Shown here: one piece after another, positions 38,126 to 46,347 of the stretch
How positions within the stretch are numbered: position 1 is the stretch's first letter
How the letters are laid out: each line of letters opens with the position of its first letter
Assembly: GCA_947478395.1 (NCBI GenBank)
Contig: CANJVR010000001.1
Span: 608,001-672,000 of the forward strand
Source of the DNA: Opitutia bacterium
Lineage (GTDB): Bacteria; Verrucomicrobiota; Verrucomicrobiia; Opitutales; Opitutaceae
DNA length: 64,000 nt
Reading direction: 5' to 3'
Notes under the pieces: generated by a model
Told to the model about the DNA's origin: nothing
The model's database searches: none
What the model saw: the letters and a program-made list of their open reading frames with translations, nothing else
Translations under genes and position numbers: made by a program

Positions 38126-38899
38126 ATGAACAAACTCCTCGGTAAACGTGCGCTCGTCACCGCCGGCGCTCAAGGCATCGGTCTCGCCATCAGCCGCCAA
38201 TTGCTGGCCGCCGGCTGCGATGTCTTCGTTCACTACCATCGGAGCGCGGAAGGTGCCGCTACGCTGGCTGCCGAAGCCGCCACGCTTGGCCGGCGCTTCT
38301 CCAGCGCGAGCGCCGATCTCACATCCACCGAAGGCTGCAATCCGCTCGTGGCCGAGGCGGTGAAATTTCTCGGCGGTCTCGACGTGCTCGTGAACAACGC
38401 TGGTTCGCTCGTGGGACGTCGCTCGCTCCTCGACGCCGAGGACAATTTTTGGGCCGAAGTCATGTCGCTCAACATCGGCAGCGTTCGCCGCGTTTCGCGC
38501 GCTGCGACGCCGGCGCTAATCGAGGCGGCGAAGTCCCGCGGTGGCGCGAGCATCGTCAACCTCTCCTCGCTCGCGGGCCGCAAGGGCGGCCACACCGGCT
38601 CACTGGCGTACGCCACGGCAAAAGGCGCCGTGCTCACGTTCACGCGGGCGCTGTCGAACGAACTGGCCCCGCAAGGCGTGCGCGTGAATGCACTCGCGCC
38701 CGGTTTTATCGCCGGCACTTATTTTCATAACACGCACACCACGGCAGAGGCGGCGAAGGCGAGCATCGCCGGCATTCCAGTAGGCCGCGCCGGGACGGCG
38801 GACGACGTGGCGCGCGCGGCGGTTTTTCTCGCGAGCGAATACGACGGCTTCATCACCGCGGCCACCCTCGATATCAACGGCGGCGTGTACGCGGCGTAG
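38126..38899 (+). CDS. Short-chain dehydrogenase/reductase
   Basis: TAGAQGIG, NNAG, YATAK and RVNALAPG. Confidence 0.93.
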   Translation: MNKLLGKRALVTAGAQGIGLAISRQLLAAGCDVFVHYHRSAEGAATLAAEAATLGRRFSSASADLTSTEGCNPLVAEAVKFLGGLDVLVNNAGSLVGRRSLLDAEDNFWAEVMSLNIGSVRRVSRAATPALIEAAKSRGGASIVNLSSLAGRKGGHTGSLAYATAKGAVLTFTRALSNELAPQGVRVNALAPGFIAGTYFHNTHTTAEAAKASIAGIPVGRAGTADDVARAAVFLASEYDGFITAATLDINGGVYAA

Positions 38900-38941
38900 C
38901 CGCGCGGTTTCGCGGTTCCGCCCGAGGAGCAAAAACCAAGA

Positions 38942-39020
38942 TGCGGGCGGGGTGCCCTCACCCCGCATCAACGCGGGATAATCTGCGACGGCGCCGCGGG
39001 GTGAGAGCACCCCGCCTACA
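38942..39020. repeat. Family A REP doublet
   Basis: GGCGGGGTGCCCTCACCCCGC, then a spacer containing GATAATCTGCGAC, then GCGGGGTGAGAGCACCCCGCCTAC; lies between convergent genes. Confidence 0.85.
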
Positions 39021-39049
39021 GCGGAACGTTCAGAAACCCCAAATTAAAA

Positions 39050-41176
39050 TTATTCCGGCAGCGCGAACGCCACGTAGGTGTCACCGGATTTCGTGCCGAG
39101 TTTGCCACCGCCACAGGCGATGACGACATATTGGCGACCGTTCACGGAATAGGTCGCCGGCGTCGCGTAGCCGCCGGCCGGCAGCGTCGTTTCCCAAATT
39201 TTTTCTCCGGTCTTCGCGTCGAACGCGCGGAATTTTTCGTCCTTCGTCGCGCCGATGAACAGCACGCCTCCAGCCGTCACGACCGGCCCACCGTAATTTT
39301 CCGCACCCGTCGGCGGAATACCGCGTGCCGTGAGTTCGGAAAATTCTCCCAGCGGTTTGCGCCAGAGATATTCGCCGGTGTTCAAATCGAGCGCATTGAT
39401 CGTGCCCCACGGCGGACGCAGGCCCGGATAGCCGCTGGGATCGAGCAAGCGGTTATAGCCCGTGGTCGCATACGGACTCACCCCCGCGCCCGTGCCCGCG
39501 GGCTCCACTTTGGCCACCGCGCTTTCGCCGGGCGCGGCGGCAACGCCGAGGAGAAAATCCGCGAGCACTCGTTTTTGTTCGTCCGGCAAAAAACCAAACG
39601 ACGGCATCACTCCGCGGCCCGTGCCGAGCAACGCCACGATCGCAGCAGCGTTCGATTTCTGCGCGAGGCCGGTGAGGCTCGCGATATTTTGCGCGGCATT
39701 GCCTTCGCGATTCACGCCGTGACACGACATGCAAAGCTGCGCGTAGAGCGCGGGCGCGGAGCCGGGCTTGGCGTCCGTTTTCGCCGGGACCATGGTCAGC
39801 ACCCAGGCCATCTCGTTGGCATTCACGTAAAGAATCCCGTGCGGATCGACCGCTGCGCCGCCCCACTCCCCGCCCCCGTCGAACCCCGGCAAAATAATTG
39901 TGCCGCGTTCACTGGGCGGATCGAACGGCACGTGGGGGCTTGCCGCGCGGACTTTGGCCAGCACCGCGTCGTGCGCGGCGGGCGTGAGGTCCGTCACTTC
40001 GGCCTCGGTAAAACGCTGGCGCGCAAACGGTGCTGGCTTCAACGGGAACGGCTGCGTGGGCGATGATTTTTCGCCCGCGAGAACCGACTTCGGCACAGGC
40101 TCTTCCCGCCATGGAAACAACGACTCGCCCGTCTCGCGGTTAAAGACCCACACGTGGCCCGACTTGGTCGTCTGGGCGACCGCCGCGATTTTTTTGCCAT
40201 CACGCATCACCTCGCACAATACCGGCGGCGCGGGCAGATCGCGGTCCCAAATGTCGTGGTGCACAAATTGAAAATGCCAGCGGCGTTTCCCGGTCGCAGC
40301 GTCGAGCGCGATGAGACAATTAGCGTAAAGATTGTCGCCGCGCCGGTCACCACCCCAGAAGTCGAAGGCCGTCGAACCCGTCGGCACAAACGCGAGTCCA
40401 CGCTCCTGATCGATCACGAGACCGGCCCACGAATTCGCCCCGCCCGCGGTTTTCCAGGCGTCGGTTGGCCAGGTTTCGGCGCCCGGCTCGCCGGGAAACG
40501 GAATGGTATGGAAAATCCACCGCCGCTGCCCGGTGCGCACATCGTAAGCGCGGATGTGACCGGGCGCCGCGGGCGCCGGACCTTCGCCGACGCGCATCGG
40601 CATGATGATGAGATCGCGAAAAATCGCGCCCGGCGTGTTGGCGGCGAGATAGAGCCCCGTGGTATCACGATCAAGTCCCGCCAGCAGATCAACGCGACCG
40701 CCGTCACCGAAAGAATCGATCACGCGACCGGTCGCCGGATCGACGGCGTAAAGGTAACGCCCCGCGGAAAACATCAGCCGACGCTCGCGCCCCTCGGCCC
40801 ACCACGAAAGACCGCGGCAGAGCCCGCGGTTGGCTTCAGCGAGCGTCGCGGCAAAAGGATTGAAACGCCAGAGCTCACGCCCCGTCGCCGCATCGAGCGC
40901 AAAGAGGAGGAGTTGCGGCGACGTCCCGTAAAGCACGCTGTCGACGACGAGCGGGTTACACTGAATCTGGGAACGGTTGCGCGGATCGGCGTCGCCGGTG
41001 CGAAACGTCCACGCGGGCTGGAGGCGGGCGACGTTGGCCGGCGTGATCTGAGTCAGGGACGAGAAATGCGTGCCGCCCGAGTCGCCGAGATACGCGCCCC
41101 AGTTGGCATCGGCGGCGGCGAAACCATGGGACGTGAAAACAACAACGGCGGATAGGAATGCGAGGTGTGAGCGCAT
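39050..41176 (-). CDS. PQQ-dependent dehydrogenase (glucose/quinate-like) with an internal cytochrome c domain
   Basis: Signal peptide, repeated ALDAATG...W propeller motifs, HHDIWDRD, GGGEWGG, CMSCH and ATPATY. Start set at MRSHLA. Confidence 0.9.
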   Translation of the reverse strand: MRSHLAFLSAVVVFTSHGFAAADANWGAYLGDSGGTHFSSLTQITPANVARLQPAWTFRTGDADPRNRSQIQCNPLVVDSVLYGTSPQLLLFALDAATGRELWRFNPFAATLAEANRGLCRGLSWWAEGRERRLMFSAGRYLYAVDPATGRVIDSFGDGGRVDLLAGLDRDTTGLYLAANTPGAIFRDLIIMPMRVGEGPAPAAPGHIRAYDVRTGQRRWIFHTIPFPGEPGAETWPTDAWKTAGGANSWAGLVIDQERGLAFVPTGSTAFDFWGGDRRGDNLYANCLIALDAATGKRRWHFQFVHHDIWDRDLPAPPVLCEVMRDGKKIAAVAQTTKSGHVWVFNRETGESLFPWREEPVPKSVLAGEKSSPTQPFPLKPAPFARQRFTEAEVTDLTPAAHDAVLAKVRAASPHVPFDPPSERGTIILPGFDGGGEWGGAAVDPHGILYVNANEMAWVLTMVPAKTDAKPGSAPALYAQLCMSCHGVNREGNAAQNIASLTGLAQKSNAAAIVALLGTGRGVMPSFGFLPDEQKRVLADFLLGVAAAPGESAVAKVEPAGTGAGVSPYATTGYNRLLDPSGYPGLRPPWGTINALDLNTGEYLWRKPLGEFSELTARGIPPTGAENYGGPVVTAGGVLFIGATKDEKFRAFDAKTGEKIWETTLPAGGYATPATYSVNGRQYVVIACGGGKLGTKSGDTYVAFALPE

Positions 41177-41256
41177 GGGATGGCTGACGAAGACGAAGTT
41201 CGTCACGCGCGGCGAGACGCGAAGCGGGGATCGCCGACGGTAGGGCGGGTTATCGT

Positions 41257-41396
41257 TAGAGAGGTTTAACTAAAAGCGTAGCGACTAACGACGTAGCGGC
41301 AGGCGTCCCTGCCTGCCGAAACGAGGACGCCGAATCCGGCAGGCAGGGACGCCTGCCGCTACCCCTAACGGGCACGGAAAAACTTAATCCGCTCTA
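41257..41396. mobile_element. 140-bp MITE/REPIN-like element, family C
   Basis: Imperfect terminal repeats TAGAGAGGTTTAA/TTAATCCGCTCTA around the perfect arms GTAGCGGCAGGCGTCCCTGCCTGCCG/CGGCAGGCAGGGACGCCTGCCGCTAC (41293-41362). Two related copies lie in the window. Confidence 0.7.
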
Positions 41397-41451
41397 GCGG
41401 TGGCTGTAGAAACGGCGCGTTAGGGACAACGCGCCCCACCTTAAGACGCCC

Positions 41452-42651
41452 TCAGGCGTAACCGCCGCCTTGCTTGATGCCGAGCGCTTGACGGCGCGCG
41501 CGACGATCGGCGGCGGCGGCTTTTTGATAGCCGCTGCGGCGATGCTCGGCGAGCGGATCGGCGGCGAGTTTGTTTGCCTTGCGCCACGCGGCGAGCGCGG
41601 GCGACACATCGGTGAAGAACGCTTTTTTCAATTCGAGCTCAGCGTCGACAACGTTATTTTTCGCCTGCGCCCGGCGAAGTGCGTCGTGGTCAACGAGTGC
41701 GGCTTTCGCGAAAAGCTCCTGGGCCATGATCACAGTCTGGATGGTCGCCTCGATCTTCGGCTTTTCGTTGTGCGACTGGTCGATCATGTAGGCGATTTTC
41801 GGCGCGCGACCGCGATCGGCGGCAAAGAAATGGATCTCGTGAAAAATCCGGAAGACTTGGTACGGATCGATCGAGCCGAGCGTGAGATCGTCATCGGCGT
41901 AGCGACGGTCGTTGAAATGGAAACCGCCGAGCATGTCCTCATCGAGGAGCCACGCAACGATCTGCTCGATGTTCTGCGCGGCGTAGTGATGGCCGGTATC
42001 GACGAGCACCTTGGCGCGCGGACCGGCTTTTTTAGAAAGCAAATACGACATACCCCAGTCGGCCACGTCGGTCGCGTAAAACGCGGGCTCGAACGGTTTG
42101 TATTCCACGAGCATCGTCTGCTTCGGGCCAATCTCTTTGTGCAATGCCTTGAGACATTCCTCGAAGTAGCCTTTGCGCGCGCGGATGCTCGCCTGTCCGG
42201 GATAATTCGTGCCGTCGGCAAACCAGAGGGAAAGATATTCGCTGCCGGTCGCCTGCATGATCGCGACTGAATCGAGACAATGGTCGAGCGCACGCTGGCG
42301 GACGGCCGGATCGTTGTGGCCGAAGGAACCCCACTTGTATTCCTGGTCTTGAAAAAGGTTGGGGTTGATCGATCCGATCTTCACGCCGTGCTTGCGCGCG
42401 AGACGGGCCACCGCTTTCGGATCCTCGCCGGTCTTAAAATCCCACAACACATGAACTGCCACGGTCGGGCAGCAACCGGTCAGCGCATGCACGTGGCCGG
42501 CGTCGGAAAGTTTGTCCCCGAGATCGATGGCAGAGGCATCCTGGAAAAATTTCCCGAAGCGGGTGCCGGTGTCGGCAAAACCCCAGGAGGGCGTCTCGAT
42601 GGCAAAATCACTGAGCGCCTCAATGGCGCGGCGGCGGAGTTTGGGTGTCAT
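41452..42651 (-). CDS. L-rhamnose isomerase, RhaI-like xylose-isomerase fold
   Basis: IETPSWGF..TGTRF, INPNLF, W.ADG.NYPG, EYKPFEP, DWG, DTGHH, HFND..YADDDL and DQSH. Start set at MTPKLRR. Confidence 0.85.
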   Translation of the reverse strand: MTPKLRRRAIEALSDFAIETPSWGFADTGTRFGKFFQDASAIDLGDKLSDAGHVHALTGCCPTVAVHVLWDFKTGEDPKAVARLARKHGVKIGSINPNLFQDQEYKWGSFGHNDPAVRQRALDHCLDSVAIMQATGSEYLSLWFADGTNYPGQASIRARKGYFEECLKALHKEIGPKQTMLVEYKPFEPAFYATDVADWGMSYLLSKKAGPRAKVLVDTGHHYAAQNIEQIVAWLLDEDMLGGFHFNDRRYADDDLTLGSIDPYQVFRIFHEIHFFAADRGRAPKIAYMIDQSHNEKPKIEATIQTVIMAQELFAKAALVDHDALRRAQAKNNVVDAELELKKAFFTDVSPALAAWRKANKLAADPLAEHRRSGYQKAAAADRRARRQALGIKQGGGYA

Positions 42652-42851
42652 GATGGAAAGTAGGTTGTGCAACGCACGCCCGACGATGTCAGGCGCGAAA
42701 GTTCCTTGGACAGTCACGATGCCAACGCCACGGCCGCTAAGGACCGATCCGAAAATCCTCGGCCCGTCAGTCAGCCCACCGAGCTGACCGACGACCCGAT
42801 CAATCGAGACCTTGGCTTGCGTCTCAATCACGGCGGGTTGAGATCGGAACG

Positions 42852-43583
42852 GTGGCTCCCCAGAAGCTTTCCGTCATCATCCCGACCTGCAACGAGGCCA
42901 CCACGCTCGCCGAGATCATTGCGCGGGTCCGCGCAACCGGGCTGGTCGACGAAATCATCGTCGTGGATGATGGTTCAACGGATGATTCGCCCGCGATTTT
43001 GACGCGCCTAGAAAACGCATCGTCGCCGCGCCTGCGGCTCCTGCGCCATGCGCGCCGGAGCGGAAAAGGCGCCGCGGTGCGCAGCGGTCTTGCCATTGTG
43101 ACCGGTGAACTCGTCCTGATTCAGGACGCCGATCTGGAATACGATCCCGCGGATTACGCTGCCCTGCTGGCGCCGTTTTCCGCAGCGGAAGTCCAGGCGG
43201 TTTATGGCTCAAGAAATCTGCGGGTGAATCCACGTTCGAGCGGCGCGTTTTATTGGGGCGGGCGATTGCTGAGTTGGGTGACCAACCGTTTGTACGGCTC
43301 GCGTCTCACCGATGAAGCCACCGGGTACAAGGTCGTGCGCGCCGCGCTGCTGCGCGACCTCGGCCTGGTCGAAAGCGGTTTTGAGTTTTGTCCTGAGGTC
43401 ACGGCCAAACTCATCCGTCGCGGCGTGCCCATTCACGAAGTACCGATCACGTACCGGCCCCGTACGCGGGCCGCGGGGAAAAAAATCCGCTGGCACGACG
43501 GCATTACGGCCATCTGGACGCTGATAAAATATCGCGGCGCGAATGGCCGGCCAAAAATCGCAGACCGACCGGAGTCATCCTGA
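42852..43583 (+). CDS. GT2 glycosyltransferase, DPM1/polyprenol-phosphate sugar synthase-like
   Basis: IIPTCNE, VDDGSTD, GKGAA, IQDADLEYDP, YGSR, EVPITY.PR and KKIRW.DG. Confidence 0.9.
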   Translation: MAPQKLSVIIPTCNEATTLAEIIARVRATGLVDEIIVVDDGSTDDSPAILTRLENASSPRLRLLRHARRSGKGAAVRSGLAIVTGELVLIQDADLEYDPADYAALLAPFSAAEVQAVYGSRNLRVNPRSSGAFYWGGRLLSWVTNRLYGSRLTDEATGYKVVRAALLRDLGLVESGFEFCPEVTAKLIRRGVPIHEVPITYRPRTRAAGKKIRWHDGITAIWTLIKYRGANGRPKIADRPESS

Positions 43584-43742
43584 AATGATCAACCACGGGT
43601 TGCACGAATCATACCGATCGCGAGTCTCCGGAATACCCCGGGCTTTCACCTCACGGAGTAACAGGTTGCCGCGGAACCTTTCCATTCTCCCCTCTCTCGC
43701 CGTGCCATTTGGGTTCACATTGAGCTGCGCTGCTTCCGGGTT

Positions 43743-46244
43743 ATGGCGATAACGAGTCATCGCCGAGCGCGCTCCCGCCGGTTTCATTTTCTCGTTTGGC
43801 TTTCGGCTTTTGCCGTGGTGATCAGCTACGTCGTTTGGGATTCGGTCGCGCAGAGCCAGCATCTTTTGGAAACGAGCGGCCAATATGGTGTCGCCGTCGA
43901 CGCGCCCGCGATCGATCCGCATTCGGCCACGGGCTACGAACTCGGACGCCGCTCGTTGCTGCTGCCCGCCGGCGAGGCGGACACCGCACATTGGATCATG
44001 CAAACGCAGTCGATGATCGATCGCGGCGAGTGGCGGATCCGACATGTCGACTACGACAACGCTCCGCGCGGTCGTGAGGTACACTGGGCGATGCCCTTCC
44101 ACGCATGGCTGGCTGGGCTGGCCTGGATCGATCGCATCGTTTCGGACCGCCCGGCCGGTATTGCCGTCGAACGCGCCACGCTCCTGTCCGGCCCGGTCAT
44201 GCTCGCATTACTGCTGCTCGGACTCATGCCGTTTTTGAGCCGGAAATTCTCAACGATCGCGGCGGTGCTGGTCGCCATCGGTACCGTAACCACGTTTACG
44301 TTCTACCTCGATTTCATGCCGGCGCGGGCGGATCACCACGGACTCGCGATTATCTGCGGTTTATTCGTCGTGCTCTGCCTGGCGGCCGGTTCTTCGTTCG
44401 CGCCCCGTGTCGGAGCAAATCAAACGTCGGGCGCTGAAGATGAAATTCGCTCCGCGCGCTGGTGGTTTGCCGCATCGGGGCTGGCGGGTGGGCTGGGCTT
44501 GTGGGTGAGCGCCGCCACGACGGTACCGCTACTCGTCGGAGTAGGGCTCGGCCTGCTCAGCGGCGGTTGGATCGCGCGTCGTGCACCGGGATCACTGACC
44601 TGGATGAGGGTGCCGGGGTTGTGGCGGACCTGGGGCTGGGTCGGCGGCGGCACGAGCCTCGTCGCCTACACCATCGAATATTTCCCCAATTCCGCGGGTA
44701 TGCGGTTGGAGGTAAATCATCCGCTGTACGCCGCCGCCTGGGTCGGCGCCGGCGAACTGCTGCGCGCGGCGGTGATCGCGATGAACGCCGGGACCAAGAC
44801 ACTTTCTCGGCGTGATCTGAGCACCGCGACGGTGGCGGCCGGTTTGGTCACGCTTCTGCCGCTGGCTATATTCTTCACGGGAGAAAAAACATTCACGGTG
44901 TCAGATCCCTTCATCTGGCAATTACACTCGCGCTACATTTCAGAGTTTCAAAGCTTGGGCCGAAACTTCGCGGAGAAAGGCATTCATTGGGCAACCCTGG
45001 ACCTTTGCGGGCCCATGCTGTTCTTGATTCCGCCCATCGTTCTCCTGTTTCGGTCGGGCCCGTCGCGCGCGGTAAAAGCAGAACTTCTCCTCGTGGCCGT
45101 GCCGGCCTGGTTGGCGTGGGCGATGGGATGGAATCAGGTGCGCTGGCTCAGTTTGGCCTACGCGATGTCAGTGCCAGGGCTCGCGCTTTTCTTCCGCGCG
45201 CTCGAGGCCGAAAGCGGTGACGCGCGAAGGCGCCAGGTCGTCGCGTGGGCGGCGGCCTGCGGATTACTGATGCTTCCCGGCGCCATGAGCGCCGTGCAAC
45301 GAACCCTCACCAGTGCCGAATCCACCGCGACTGAGATTCGCCGCCTCGCAGAGCGCGATGTGGCGCACTGGTTGCGACTGCGCGGCGGTCCGGACCGCAC
45401 TGTCGTGGCGGCGGCGCCCATGCCGACGACGCGGCTGATTTCCGAAGGCGGGATGGCCGGATTGGGCACGCTCTATTGGGAAAATGCCGAAGGGCTCAAA
45501 AATACCGCGGCCCTTTTTGCCGCGAGCTCACCCGAGACGGCACGGGCTATGGTGCAACGACTCGGCGTGACTCACATCGTACTCTTTTCGTGGGACGCCT
45601 TCGAGATCACGTTGGCGAAACTCTATCGCGGCCTGCCGGAAAGCGCGCCGATCCCGCCGGATCTGTTCATCGCGAACCTGCTCGCCTCACCGCTGCCCCC
45701 GGCGTGGTTGCGGCCGGTCCCGTTTAAATTGCCAAATCACCCGTCGCTCACTGGGGCGCAGGTCCGTATCTGGGAAATTACGCCCGACCAATCGCCGGCG
45801 GAAGTCGCCGCTCACGCCGCGAACTATTATCTCGAGCTGGGCACGCCGGGTGTGAGCGCGACGTTCGCACCGCTGCTGGAAGGATTCGGCAACGACCTCG
45901 CCGCCACAGTCATGCGCGCAGCTCTCGCGGCGCGCGAACGGGACGGAGCCCGCTTCTCAGCCGCGCTCCAACCCGTGATGGCGCTCCTGCCCCGCGCCGG
46001 GACGCTCGCGCCCGAGGATCACGTTCATCTCGTGACGGTGCTCGCGATCGCGCAGCAAGCGGATCGGGCGCGCGAGCAATTGCAGGCGTGCATGAGAAAA
46101 ATCGACGAACGCAACCTGCGCCATTTCAGTACGGGTGCATTGACCGACTTGCTCGAGTTGTCGGCAGCATTGCAGGTGCCGCTGCCGAGCCCCGCGCTGC
46201 AACGACTGGCGGAAAAACTCGTGCCGCCGGCGAAGCGAAAATAG
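43743..46244 (+). CDS. Polytopic GT-C membrane protein, STT3/AglB oligosaccharyltransferase-like
   Basis: About 12-13 hydrophobic segments; DTAHW, DNAPRGREVHW, ADHHG, YISEFQ and QVRW motifs; soluble C-terminal domain containing LGVTHIV. Confidence 0.65.
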   Translation: MAITSHRRARSRRFHFLVWLSAFAVVISYVVWDSVAQSQHLLETSGQYGVAVDAPAIDPHSATGYELGRRSLLLPAGEADTAHWIMQTQSMIDRGEWRIRHVDYDNAPRGREVHWAMPFHAWLAGLAWIDRIVSDRPAGIAVERATLLSGPVMLALLLLGLMPFLSRKFSTIAAVLVAIGTVTTFTFYLDFMPARADHHGLAIICGLFVVLCLAAGSSFAPRVGANQTSGAEDEIRSARWWFAASGLAGGLGLWVSAATTVPLLVGVGLGLLSGGWIARRAPGSLTWMRVPGLWRTWGWVGGGTSLVAYTIEYFPNSAGMRLEVNHPLYAAAWVGAGELLRAAVIAMNAGTKTLSRRDLSTATVAAGLVTLLPLAIFFTGEKTFTVSDPFIWQLHSRYISEFQSLGRNFAEKGIHWATLDLCGPMLFLIPPIVLLFRSGPSRAVKAELLLVAVPAWLAWAMGWNQVRWLSLAYAMSVPGLALFFRALEAESGDARRRQVVAWAAACGLLMLPGAMSAVQRTLTSAESTATEIRRLAERDVAHWLRLRGGPDRTVVAAAPMPTTRLISEGGMAGLGTLYWENAEGLKNTAALFAASSPETARAMVQRLGVTHIVLFSWDAFEITLAKLYRGLPESAPIPPDLFIANLLASPLPPAWLRPVPFKLPNHPSLTGAQVRIWEITPDQSPAEVAAHAANYYLELGTPGVSATFAPLLEGFGNDLAATVMRAALAARERDGARFSAALQPVMALLPRAGTLAPEDHVHLVTVLAIAQQADRAREQLQACMRKIDERNLRHFSTGALTDLLELSAALQVPLPSPALQRLAEKLVPPAKRK

Positions 46245-46347
46245 CGCGGCTTAAGTTTCTCCGTCGCCTTTGAGTGTAGCGGCCGGCGTCTCTGCCTGCC
46301 CGGTTAGGCGAAGTCGATAGCGGGCACGTTTTGGTTAAACCGCTTTA
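46242..46347. mobile_element. Family C element, reversed and internally deleted
   Basis: TAGCGCGGCTTAAGTTTCTCCG...GTAGCGGCCGGCGTCTCTGCCTGCC...TTTTGGTTAAACCGCTTTA aligns with the reverse complement of 41257-41396. Confidence 0.65.
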
